Source: Octopus bimaculoides (lineage: Eukaryota). From it: 64,000 nucleotides of DNA. Below the pieces are notes generated by a model that was given only the letters and a program-made list of their open reading frames with translations, was not told the DNA's origin and did no database searches. Positions within the stretch are counted from its first letter, which is position 1; each line of letters begins with the position of its first letter. Below, piece by piece: positions 51,321-64,000 of this stretch. Position numbers and translations under genes: made by a program. Where the stretch lies: assembly GCF_001194135.2 (NCBI RefSeq), contig NC_068983.1:53280280-53344279 (forward strand). The letters are read 5' to 3'.

Positions 51321-54055
51321 CCTACATAAAATCCTAGCAATAGTCACATTGTCTTTCATAAGAATCAGTAATGCGCAAAGGTCCTTAGGATTGACTTCAT
51401 ACCTCTGTTTACAAAATGTATGGCCTTGCGCCCAATATGAAAAATTCTTCTTTCCAAAACACAAAACAAATTATTAGTTTTATGATTTCTGAGTTGACCT
51501 TTAGTCTAGTCATAGAGTAGATAAATATCTCATCAACATCATCAGAAAAGTCACTACCTTCCCATAAACACTAACCACCACTATCAAAATATGAAATCAT
51601 GAGACATACTTCAATAAATTAAATTATATAATGAAATAAAAAAATAGAGATCTACTTCACGAAATACATTACTTACCTCTATTTCTCTTATTGATTAGGT
51701 ATTGAATTAATTTACTAAGTAAGTGGCTTCATTAGGTTTGAGAATGTGTCACATTCTTTTATATAAGACTTCTTGTCTAGAATTCTTATAAATATAGCAT
51801 TAATCTTATATAATTCTAATTCTGCCATAGTCCAATTTGCCTTTCATCCTTTTGGAGTCAATAAACTAAGCACCAGTTGAACACTGGGTTCAATATAATT
51901 GATTTACCCACTAACTCCAAAATTTGAAATTAATCCTATATAGTTCTACATAAGCCTAATATAAATTACTAAAATAATCAGTTAACTTTTTGATATCAAC
52001 CTGACTGAGACAGCCCCTCATTCTATAATGTAAAACCTCCTATTTTAAAACATTCTTAACTAATTTAATAACAATCATCATAATTTTATATAAAACTTTT
52101 TGTTCAATCATGTTCCAAACATTAGCTTCATAAATGAATGAATGAATGAAAGTCTGTTTCATTCTACTAAATTCTTTCAAATTCTTGATTATTTCCATTA
52201 TTAATTGAAACTTGAAGCACATGAACAGAATATTTCATAAGAAATATTGTCTTGAAAAGGTTAACTTTGTTGCCATGCAAGTGATAAATTTAGTTGGAAA
52301 GATTTGTGAAAGTAGAATTGTAGATATTCCTCAGAGATTGTCCTTTCATCAATATATCGTATCACTTCTTCACAACTCATATTGAATATTTGCATATTGC
52401 AAATATTTGTTACAGCTGTATATCTGTCATTGGTAATATTGTAAAAAGATATATTCTCCCTCATATAGATCTGCTGTCCAGTGAAAAATCAACTTCACTC
52501 TCTTTACAAGATAAGTGTTAGGATAGATTTCAATGATAAAAAGCAGCATTTATCACATTAAAATATTTAAAAGAGTTTAGTTTCAAAAACTGGACTTCAT
52601 TCTAGTTTGACTTTACTTTGCATCCCTCCAGGGTTGCTAACATAAATACAAGTAATATATTGCTATCAACTGACTATACCAACTTCCCTGTGTATCTGTG
52701 ATATGTGTTTAATCCAAATAAATCAATATTAGATACCCACAGCTAACATCTGAAATGGACAACTGTCATGTATTCTTTTGAAATCGGAATATGTAATTCA
52801 AGCTAGAAATCAGCACACTGGATTTCTTTTATGTTTCTTCATCATTTCAAACAAGTAGCTATGGATTAGATCTTTCTTTTGATGTCAAAGCTAAAGCATT
52901 ATTTTCACAGAGTGTAATTTGTTTGATAACATTATGATGGTGGAAATCTGGGTAAAGATATATAGATTTAATCAAATAGACGAGGAATAGAAAAATGTAG
53001 AAAGTATTTCATTCGATAATTATGACGGAATTAACAAATAAATAAAGATGGCACTTCATTGTGACTTAACTGATCAAATGAAAATCATTTTCCCAGCTGC
53101 AATAAACTGTCTTTCAGTTTGCTCAGTATAATTCTGAATATAACTAAACAGAGCTTTATAATCAATATGAAAAAAAGATGGAAAGTATTGATACTTAAAG
53201 TACATTCCTAATGGTAGTTATCATGTTAAAATGATAATAAAGATAGTTAAGAGAAGATAAAGAAAATATAAGTGTTTATTATATTCTGCACTTTGACCTT
53301 CACCATAATTATTTTCATTTCCATCACAGAATTTTCAAACATGTTTTAACATTTATATTCTATTGATTAACATAACTTTTAAAGTATCTTTTATCATTGC
53401 AAATTCACTGGAAAAGTTCCTTTGAGTGTTTGATAAAAACATTCATGCCTTTTACTATATATATGATTTAAGTCATGTAGTACATATGTAGAAACGATTA
53501 CAAAAAATTATATTCTGAATAATCTATTAAATCTTTTAATTCAATCTTCGTTTAATGTTTCTTTATATTAGTAATATTTTTTTTTAACATATTTATTTAA
53601 TTTTGCATTTACTATATCAATCTGTTTAAAATCATTCAATATTTTTACTTTATATTGTTAATATATTTTGGCATTTTTTTCTTCTGGTTAGAAATTAATA
53701 AAATACATGTTTAGAAATTATTTATATCGATATTTTTGTGCAGTAAATGGATTCGATAGTTGTTGATTAAAAATGTAAAACATACAAATTTAATACTGTA
53801 ATATATGATCTTACAAAGTAATTGGGTTTGTTGAAATTGTGAAGTATCAGTCTAATATGCTTCAGAGTTTTTCACTATATATCTCTCTACATTATCAGTT
53901 CAAGTTCTGCCAATTTCACTTTGCTTTCATGGTTATTGCATTCGAAGTGCTCTCAGATTTTAATGTATTATTTTTCTTATTTGATTTTCCTGTTAAAAGC
54001 ATTTACATAGATAGTCTCTTAGGTTTATCACGAACCGGTGCATATATGTGTGTGT

Positions 54056-54103
<48 letters not shown>

Positions 54104-56272
54104 GAACTGCATGTGTTTAATATGCATAGTGGATAGTAAACAGAAAAATACAGAGGGGTAAAAGGGCAAAATACTATGCAAAATTGCTGTGATACTTATT
54201 TTGATGCAGGCAAGCTGAGGAAAAAATTACATTGCCAAAAATCACAAAACATGTAGAAAACTTTGAAATTATAAGCTCAGTTCAAGACCTTACACACTGA
54301 CTTTACCATAGTTAAGTTTATTAATACATACCTTTTTGTATAACATATATGTTGAGACTATGAATGTATGACTAATTTAAGAAGATTAATTGGTTCTCTT
54401 AAAATTATGAAACAAAAATGTTTAGAGGTGCTTTTTCCACTGCACTACAATATTTATAAAGCAAACACTAATCTTGGTTGACTAATAATTTTCAATAATG
54501 AACATAGATTCAATATGGATTATTGATCTGTTTCCCTATGCTGCTAGGCATTAATCTGAGAGACACAAGTGTATTTATGGTATTTTTGATAAGATAATTC
54601 TTTCTGTTAATTATATTGTTAAATTCCAGAAAACTAATTAATTTCCAATGGAGTTTTGTACTACCTCAGAAATGATACCAATTACATAGTTATTGCCTTG
54701 TTCCACCATACCTTAGCTACTTGTACTCTTTCTGATTTTATTTTCTATGTTTTTTTTGTTTTTTTGAGAAACACAACTGCCACTTCCATTTGTAGCATAA
54801 ATAAATGATTATACCTCAACAGGTAACAAACTTCTCTATTACATAATAAAAGACATAAAAAAAAGTTCCTGGGTTTAGTACTATCCTTTTTTTACTCTCA
54901 GACTCTCAACAAAGCTGCAGGTTATTTATTCATTCACTTGAAAGATAAACATACTAATTATAACAATGAATGTAATGTTCATCTCATAGCAAAGGATAAC
55001 CTTCAGGTGTTCTAAGATGGTGACACATATTCTATCCTCACTTGAAGCCACGTTGCTTCATTTATGTTATTTATTGATTCCTATTTTGTCTTCTAAATTT
55101 AACACCTTTGTGTTAAATAAAAAATAAACTTATTTTTAAAAGACATAATAGAGTAGCAGAAGTGGCAGAATGTTGGCTTCAAATATTTGGTTTTGTTCCC
55201 TATACACCCCAGTTTTATATTTTACTGGAATCAATTTTATCATTCATTCCTCCATTGGGTCATAAAGTTAGTATTGTGTATGTATTGTCTTCAGTTTAAT
55301 TGGGAACACCTTTTTCTACAAATTTGTGATCTTGTGACAATAAAGGAAATCATTATTACCTTACTTCTATAAAACTACCAACATTTCAGATGAAGATACT
55401 ACAGTACTTTGAAATTGTTGTTTAATTTTAATGGAATAATCTTTATTATCACTTTTTAGTATTGTTTTATATAGTAGAAATAATTTTACGAACCATGAAC
55501 AAGTAGTAACTCATGGGAATGTGGTAATTCAATAAACACTTTGTCAGCTCAGAACATTAAGAATTCTTGAAGAATACACATTACTACAAAAGAAACCTAT
55601 TTCTATGTATTCAATCTCATAAAGTGTTTTGTTTTCTCTGTTATAGCTGTGGGGTTATAGTCAGTGGAATCAACCCTAGTGTTTAACAACTGCTACCATT
55701 TAATGTAAAATGTCTAGATAAATAGAAAGCAAAGCTGCCACTAGTTAAAGTTAGAATCTAAATGGATAAATTTAAAATCTATAAACTCTGCTATGTTACT
55801 GTTTCAACTAGACACTAATGTAATATTACTTCAATTGTAAAACTACATTGTTTTGAAGTGAATATTAAAACGAATCTCAACCATAGTGTTTCATCCCTTG
55901 CAATATTTATTTACACAAATCACTATCAAAATTGTGGAGAATATTTTCAGGAACAAATTTATTGTTTGCTATCTCTATGGATATGAGTTTGTCATCCATT
56001 AATTAACAGAAATTTTATTTCACTTGTTTAAAAATATAAAGTTCAATTCTGAGCTGCTCTTGTACATTAACACTTTAATGCTAAAATACTAAAATATTCC
56101 CTGATTTTAACTCTTTTGTTACCTTATTTCTATTAAAACACACTGCTTTTGTTTCAATTAATTTTGAAACTAATAATGAATATAATAAATACATTAACCA
56201 CTATTTAAATTGTTTTTGAAGCATAATCTAATATGAAATTTGAAAGGAAAATTTTAATTTAGATCCCTTTAA

Positions 56273-56494
56273 CCCTATTGTTACCATATTTCTGTTATGA
56301 TACTCTGTGTTTCTTTCAATTAATTTTAAATATAACAAAGAATTTAGTAAAATAACTTAGTCATCATTAAGCTAGTGTTAGGAACATAAATTGTGGCTAT
56401 GATTTGGTAGAAGATTTTAATTCAGAATTTTGGAAAGCAAGACATTTCTACTACAGAGCCAGAGGTGCTCTCAGGCAGGTTGGTTTCAAAAGGG
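56273..56494. mobile_element. piggyBac-like MITE
   Basis: TTAA|CCCTATTGTTACCA ... TGGTTTCAAAAGGG|CTAA: 14-bp imperfect TIR (11/14) with a TTAA-like target duplication. Confidence 0.6.
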
Positions 56495-56799
56495 CTAAAC
56501 GAGAAGTTTGTGTCATAGAACAAAGGGCAATCTTAGGCAGGTCGGTTTTAGAAGAGTCAAAGGAATTGTAAATAGCTTATGTTTAGTTTGTCTTTGCTAA
56601 AAGCAAAACTGATCAGAGATCTATGATGGAGTACTTCTCCCACATTAGAATGTTTGTATGTGTAGCACATAGAAACATTTTAGACCACATCCAAAACATA
56701 AGTCAGCCATCTGAATAACAAATACTTCCTCATCAATGCATTACAACCTCTGGCCCTCAGAAGTTCAGATCCCCCCTCTTCTTTCTCTCTCCCCTTCAG

Positions 56800-56955
56800 T
56801 GGCTTCTATTCCTTTCAATTAGCTATTTGCATGCCACCTCATCCGAAGCCAATGCAACCCAGACCCGCATTAGTCCAAGATTCTCTCTTCAGAACATCAG
56901 CCTTCTGGAAACCCCTTCTTATCAATATATTCCCAGCAAATGACAACTTACAGAT
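56800..56955 (+). CDS. Candidate 156-nt exon (phase 2/2)
   Basis: ctcttctttctctctccccttcag|...ACAGAT|gtaagc. Open as GFYSFQLAICMPPHPKPMQPRPALVQDSLFRTSAFWKPLLINIFPANDNLQ and phase-compatible with 43034-43174. Could instead be an exonised repeat. Confidence 0.4.
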
Positions 56956-58665
56956 GTAAGCTCCGCACAAATTAATCACATTAATGATCTAATCACTCTT
57001 TGACTCACCTGACTGAGCCATAAATTATAAAAAGGAGGGCATTTTTGTTGTAAATATTTTATTTTCGTTATATCACTGTGTCTGTTGATATACAAAAATA
57101 ATTTTCTCTAATTGACATATCTACGTAGCAGTTATATATCTATCCATATAATTAAACATGTCTTACATGGAATAAAGTCAAATATATGCAAAAGTGAAGT
57201 CTCGTAATATGATTATATATTGGTAACTTATCCTAATTCAATTTTAGTCATCCTAATTTATCCTGATTGAAATTATTAATTACTCAAGTGAAATAATGCA
57301 ATCTTCACTGAAGAACAGAGATGAGAAATACAGTGAATAAGCAATACATATTGAACAAATTCTTCAAACCATCCTCATTATATTATATTCTTGCATAAAA
57401 TCTTGTGGAAAAGTAATGATGATATATTTTAAAATTTCACTAGTAATGCTTCAATGATAAAACTTATCTAAAACTTTCAAAATTAGTTTATTAACTCATT
57501 TCTTTATTTTTAATAATTTATATTGTTTTGTGGAAAATATACTGTGAAGCCAAGTGCAAGTTTTACAAGACTTTGGTGTTTATAGTTTCCTTATTTGGAA
57601 AATAAAACTGATGTATTTACATTACAGTACATAATTTTTTTCAATGTAAATATTTAATTTGAAAGTATGAGAAGCATTATAATAACACATACACATGCAT
57701 GAACATACACACAATGAGAGACAGAGAGAGAGACCAAGAAAGACTTGGTACAAAGTGGTAGAAACAGGGTCACAAGGAGGTGATGACAAGCGATCATATT
57801 AACTGGCAATATGTGGTGTTGAAGTTTTGACCACAGATGACTCAATTAGCAGTCCAAGCACATTCAATCAAACGTTACAAAAATAGTATATTGATGTAAA
57901 CTTAGATAATATTTTACATACACACATATGGTGCACGCGCACACACATACACACACACACACATACACAAATGTGAGTATGTCTGGATGTAGGGTATCTG
58001 TGCAATTGTGTGTATAAATGTATAGTAAATCTACTATTCCTGTCTTCTATACAATTTCACACCTTCTCATTTCCTTACTATTTATTTTTCTCTCAGTCTT
58101 AACACTACCGCTCACCGTCTATCATTTGGCCCAGACCTTGCCAACTATCTATTATCCTTGTCATCACTTTCATTGCTGCCCTTATTTTTGCTCTCATTAT
58201 TGACTCATCCCAAAATGTAGGCATAAGAGAATACATAAAACCAGCTGTACCCAGGACATTCTATATGCACCCCTCTTCTATTATATGTCATCACCCCATT
58301 TCATTCTGTTTGTTTCTGATCTCCCTTATATCATGGGTTTCTGTTAACACACTATCTCCTGGATGACATTACCTTCTATCAGTGTTTTATGCTCTTGTTT
58401 GTGTTGCCTTTGGTATATATGTACTTTTCGTAGAAAATTGAGACCCTCTTCTAATCATCCCTCTATCATACATATCTCTTATCACTTTTCTACATCACTT
58501 ATGACCTTCACTCTGTAAAGACGTAAGTGGATGAACTTGGATATTCTGTTGCAAGGTCCCTTTTTGTTGCATCAAGAATATGACTACCTGTTTCATACCT
58601 GTGCCATGAAATATCCAGCATGGAAGGCGGACATGAAACAATGACGATAATGATGATGATGATGA

Positions 58666-59003
58666 TGAAGGGGTTACCCAGAATTAACCATAAACGTTCT
58701 CTGTGGGACAAGCCTGTTGTAGTTCAGGCTTCCGCTGCTAGAAGCCACTTGATGTGACCCTCAAACATTAGTCTGCCAACCAGCGGCATCATATCCAGTC
58801 ATACTGCCATGTGGGGCAGCTCTATTTTGCAGTGCTTCTCCCCTGTTTGTTAAATTTTGCAATGGCTGAAACAAAGGGACAGCATGCTTCCATGAAATTC
58901 TGTTTTCTGCTAGGGAAAATGACAACTGAAACAGTTGTCACGCTTTAAACAGATTACAAGGACGCTGAGCGAGACACAAGTTTACGAGTGGTTTTCATGC
59001 TTT
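58666..59003 (+). mobile_element. mariner transposon 5' fragment (left end, leader, transposase N-terminus)
   Basis: From ATG 58862: MAETKGQHASMKFCFLLGKMTTETVVTL*TDYKDA..SETQVYEWF, matching the mariner HTH consensus (IKFCFKLGK..TET...AYG..AMS..QVFEWF). Truncated at a SINE. Confidence 0.8.
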
Positions 59004-59004
59004 A

Positions 59005-59115
59005 GGAATGGTCCCTTTTAGTCAGCCCAGGGGCATAGTGGAAGACAATTGTTCAAGATGCTACACAGCAGAGCTGAACCGGATACCATGTGGTTGGGAA
59101 GCAAACTTCTTAAAT
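59005..59115 (-). mobile_element. SINE family B head fragment followed by (CA)n(CT)n
   Basis: ggcatagtggaagacaattg...gaaccggataccatgtggttgggaagcaaac. Confidence 0.7.
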
Positions 59116-59202
<87 letters not shown>

Positions 59203-59694
59203 ATATTCAGGTATTTCTCAATTTGTGTAAATGTATAAAGAAACCTCTGTTTGCTCTGGCATAAAAAACATTCACTGATGTTCACATCAAAGATAACTAT
59301 ACTGACATGAATATGCAACAGAAATACATGACACTAACTGTTTGAAAAGCAAAAATATGATTCGTAATATAGGAAAATCTTTGAAGGACTATAGAAATTC
59401 AGCATGATAACATTTGACTTAATTGCTAAGATGATTCGCCATCAAAACACTTTGAGAGATACTCTATTACTAACACCTTGGCTTAATCTATTATTAACAA
59501 ATGACTGTTAAAATAATTATAATAATTAGTGAGACTCTTGGAAATTCCATGTTTAAAAGATTTTTCTTATTTTGATGCATAAATTCATATATCTCCATAA
59601 CACTGCTACATTATTTTAAAGATCATATGTTAATGAGATAGAGAATGGATTGAGGGTATTAAAAAATTACGAATTATAAACTTATAGTGTCAGT

Positions 59695-59835
59695 GACCGT
59701 ATAGTAGTTTAGCTGAGAAGTTTGTCTCCCAGTTGTGTGATTTTAGGTTCTGTCTTACTGTACCTCTACTGTAGCCCTGGGCCAACCAAGGCCTTATGGG
59801 TGCATTTGGTAAGCAGAAAAGGAAAGATGACCATT
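59695..59835 (+). mobile_element. SINE family B head (decayed)
   Basis: gtatagtagtttagctgagaagtttg...ctactgtagccctgggccaaccaaggccttatgggtgcatttggta. Confidence 0.7.
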
Positions 59836-61033
59836 GTGTGTGTTTGAGTGTATGTATATATGTGTGTGCACATGTAAATATGTATGTTTGCATATATGTA
59901 TATATTCATATTTGTGTATGTGTAAATCTGTATGTATATATATTTGTATGAGCTTGTTTACATTTGCAATTGTTGTACATAAGTGCAGCATGTGGCATTG
60001 TTGTCAGTTTCTCCTGTCAACAAATCTTCTGGACACTTCATACCTTTGCAACTGTGTGAAATAATTGATCCTTTACTTTGAAAGCAATTAGGGCTTACTT
60101 ATAGGAAGGGCATTTGTCTATAAAACAATGCATCCATCCTCTGCACACATGGAAAAGTGGGTGTTAAATAAACAGACACATATTCGTCTGTAGATGTAAT
60201 ATGATCCACCAGTTCATTGTATTGTTCAACTTACAGTTGAGATATTCAAATCTTATAAACTGTAAACAATATCCTTAAACCTTGATGCATGCATTGAGTA
60301 ATCATCTCTGTATGCCAGCACTAGCAGGGGCCATTGTTTTTCAACAAACTTATTGTACCATCTAAGCTCAACATTAGAGAATAAAAGAAACTGAAAAGGG
60401 AGTGACACACTGAGTCAGAACAGCAAAATAGAAGTAAAATCCTTGATGGTGATGCATTTCTTGGATAAATTATGACATTCCTGTATTTTCTAGAGAGACT
60501 ATTTTCATCAATAAACTCATCAGTAATTTCAGTGTTTGTAAGAAAATTGAATTGCCTGATGCCAGAGCTTCATATGAATTTGTATGAATTCATATTTACA
60601 GATAAATGTATTTGTTTCTGGTTGTGCATGCCTATTTCAACTCTTGTAAATATATTTTTATGTTGTCCAGAATATAGGTTGTGATAAACGATAATTTTTT
60701 GTGTATTGTGTTCATCATATTAAGCAAACATTCTAAATGCTGAGGTACTTCTATTTGGTATTGTAAAGATCTATAACCACCAATAAAGTAAAGTTGGCCA
60801 TCTGCTATATATTCATTTTCCATATACTGAGTAGAAGTAGGATGTTATGCCATAAATAAAACTGTCATGTTTCTAAGAAAGTATTTTCCAAGACAAGCAC
60901 TTACTTTTTTGACTGGGAAAAGTCTTTCACATTTTTTCTTTTTTTTTTTTACAAAGTTAACCATTTTCATTTTTCACTTCTTTGTTGTGTAACATATGAA
61001 CTCATGCCATGACAAAAATAATAACATGGATAA

Positions 61034-61445
61034 CTCTTTTAACTCCTTTACTTGTTTCAGTCATTTGACTGTGGCCATGCTGGAGCACCGCCTTTAGTTG
61101 TGCAAATTGACTCCAGGACTTATTCTTTGTAAGCCTAGTACTTATTCTATTGGGCTCTTTTGCCCAACCACTAAGTTACGGGGATGTAAACACACCAGCA
61201 TCGGTTGTCAAGTAACGTTGGGGGGACAAACACAGACACACAAATATATACACACACATACATATATATATATATATACATACGACGGGCTTCTTTCAGT
61301 TTCCATCTACCAAATCCACTCACAAGGCTTTGGTCGGCCCGAGGTTATAGTAGCAGACACTTGCTCAAGGCACCATGCAGTAGGACTGAACCCGGAACCA
61401 TGCGGTTCATAAGCAAGCTACTTACCACACAGCCACTCCTACACC
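61034..61445 (-). mobile_element. SINE family B, complete young copy
   Basis: Full reverse complement of the head, microsatellite and tail seen at 6168-6535; many CpGs retained. Confidence 0.92.
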
Positions 61446-61914
61446 TGATGACATTAAAAGACATTTTGAAGAAAGCCAAAATCTCCACATCTGGTGAGGA
61501 ATGATTTTTGCTGCAAATTGAAACCTGTTCTTTTTAAATTTTAATTCAGACATGTCACATAGACATACATGCATTGTGTGTGTAGACCACATACCAATCA
61601 GCTTGATGTTTTTCATAAGTGATGTCATCAGATCATTTATGGATACAGCTTGAATAACAGGAATTTGAATATTGAACTATTCTTTAAATGCAAAATTGGT
61701 GGTGTTGAGTCCTTTCTTTTGCAATTCCAGTTAAGATAGAATAATCATGTCATCAGAATGAGAGACAGCAGAATTCCAAAAGTCCTCATGTATAGCCAGC
61801 TCTATGATGGAAAAAGAAATTTTCAAAAGATCATGGCTAAGATACAAGGACAAGCTTCAAGCTGAAAGTGATAAAGATAAAGATGTGTGTGTATATATAT
61901 ATAGATATATATAT

Positions 61915-62275
61915 ATAAGCATCAGTAGTGGTGTGCAAGAGAGACGATTGAGCTGGTTTGGACATGTGGTGAGAATGAATGAGGATAGCTGCGTGAAAAA
62001 GTGCCACTCCCTAACAGTTGAGGGAACCCGTGGAAGAGGTAAGCCCAGGAAGACCTGGGCTGAGGTGGTGAGGCAAGACCTTCGAACATTGGACCTCACC
62101 GAGGTGATGACTACTGACCGAGACCTTTGGAAATGTGCTGTGCGTGAGAAGACCCGGCAAGCCAAGTGAGATCGTTGCCAGGGCCTCTGGACTGGCTCTT
62201 GTGCGGGTGGCACATAAGATGTACCATCATGAGCGTGACCATTGCCAGTACCGCCTGACTGGCCTTGTAGGGTTT
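61915..62275 (+). mobile_element. RTE-clade LINE ORF2 C-terminus and start of 3'UTR (5'-truncated, runs into gap)
   Basis: GVQERRLSWFGHVVRMNEDSCVKKCHSLTVEGTRGRGKPRKTW...DRDLWK...RQAK* (stop 62169), followed directly by the ~65-nt units. Confidence 0.9.
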
Positions 62276-62633
62276 NNNNNNNNNNNNNNNNNNNNNNNNN
62301 NNNNNNNNNNNNNNNNNNNNNNNNNNNNNNNNNNNNNNNNNNNNNNNNNNNNNNNNNNNNNNNNNNNNNNNNNNNNNNNNNNNNNNNNNNNNNNNNNNNN
62401 NNNNNNNNNNNNNNNNNNNNNNNNNNNNNNNNNNNNNNNNNNNNNNNNNNNNNNNNNNNNNNNNNNNNNNNNNNNNNNNNNNNNNNNNNNNNNNNNNNNN
62501 NNNNNNNNNNNNNNNNNNNNNNNNNNNNNNNNNNNNNNNNNNNNNNNNNNNNNNNNNNNNNNNNNNNNNNNNNNNNNNNNNNNNNNNNNNNNNNNNNNNN
62601 NTATATATATATATATATGTGTATATATATATA

Positions 62634-62682
<49 letters not shown>

Positions 62683-63109
62683 GTATATATCTGTAAAAAT
62701 GTGTGACACTTATTCGGTAGCCATGATAAAACTCCAAGGTTCGGATGCCGGGGTGGGAACCCACGCCAACATCTCTTCAGTTATCCAGCCATTGAAAATT
62801 CCTGTGTGAGGGGATATATATCTGTTTATCCATATATATATATATATATACACACATATATACTTGCATTTTCAGCACACAGTGACTGTCCAGTTGAGAC
62901 ACGTTTGTTCTTTTCTCTCTATTTTTCTTTCTTCCCATCTATCCTTCCTGTAGAAATGTATATACTTGAAATGTTAAGGACTTCTTCCAATTTTCCTGAG
63001 CATCAACCTAATACACTCTGCTTTTTCATATTTTTTTTTTACCGTGCTTTTTTTAGTATTATTTTTGTGCCATATATAAAAATATATATATATATACATG
63101 TGTGCACGC

Positions 63110-63151
<42 letters not shown>

Positions 63152-63372
63152 AAGAAAAGGCATAAATAATGGTAATGCAACCATGAATTTACTAAGTCAA
63201 CTGAGGATAGACTTCAACTTTGGATCTTGCCTCAGGATTACCTGGAATTCTATACCAATCAAAGAATCTTTTGTTAGCTTGATGTATTTGTATTAGCAGA
63301 GAGCTTAAAAAGTATTTTGGCCAGATTGATAATCCCTTATTAATGACTCTTTATATATATATATACATATAC

Positions 63373-63404
<32 letters not shown>

Positions 63405-64000
63405 GGGGGGAGCTGGGTGATTGGGTATATGTGTGTGTGTACATATATTCGGAGTTGGGTTCAACTCAACAGTGTAGCACCTTGGACAACTTGGATAGGT
63501 GTCTTCCACATTCACCTCGGAATAAATTATGTTGTGTTGAAATAATAGATAGAAACTATATGTTGTATGCATGTATATGTGTGTGTGTGTGTGTGTGTGT
63601 GCGTGTGTGTGTGAGGGTATATATATATCTGTTTATCCATCGCTCTGTATCTATATATGTGTGTATGTGCATGTGTATATTCACACATATATTTGCGTGT
63701 TTGTATGTATGTGTGTGTGTGTGTGTGTGTATGACATCATTTCCTATAACTTCTAATAGTATCTTTTAACCATTGTACCATATCTGCATCACAACAGATG
63801 TTAACTTAGATCAAAGAAATCTTTATCTTCCTGTATCAATGTATCTATACAATCCTTGAACAATTCTAGTACCAAACATTTCTAAAGTAATATTATCTGA
63901 TATTAGTCAGACCAATAATAACAACTCTTCAATTAGTCTACAAAATACTCCTTTAATCCTATCATAAAATTATTTCTGTTTGTACCTCTTGAAAGAATGT

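Noticed and set aside
57300-57340. CTGAAGA...GAAA hammerhead-like spacing
   Set aside because: No stem II pairing and no NUH triplet before the putative stem I; other CTGANGA sites (e.g. ~7760, 8301, 25582, 61444) failed in the same way.
62735-62800. CpG-rich tRNA/B-box-like sequence on the minus strand
   Set aside because: No cloverleaf can be drawn; probably a decayed SINE head. The tRNA-like heads of all SINEs were likewise not called as tRNA genes.

Overview
AT-rich, CpG-depleted, microsatellite-rich animal DNA with three assembly gaps (25104-25157, 30530-30787, 62276-62601). The repeat families look like those of octopus/coleoid cephalopods; this is inferred from recognising SINE and RTE 3'-end sequences and was not database-checked. 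There is no long intact ORF. The window is mostly intron-like sequence filled with decayed mobile elements: dozens of tRNA-derived SINEs from at least four families, RTE-clade LINE 3' ends with a structured tandem 3'UTR repeat, a near-full-length but ruined CR1-group LINE (13470-16380), an R4/Dong-clade RT fragment, an RTE-BovB 3' end, an internally deleted DD37D (maT) transposon, a mariner 5' fragment and a piggyBac-like MITE. Several short plus-strand segments with good splice sites and open frames (best: 43034-43174) suggest a long-intron host gene that I cannot identify. The most striking object is a 381-bp fold-back (18551-18931; two 165-bp arms, 10 mismatches, no indels). Its 51-nt loop carries a minimal type-I hammerhead ribozyme motif on the minus strand, and the inner edge of the inverted repeat falls exactly at the predicted cleavage site, which points to a Penelope-like/retrozyme origin. 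Coordinates of decayed repeats are approximate (+/-10-30 bp).
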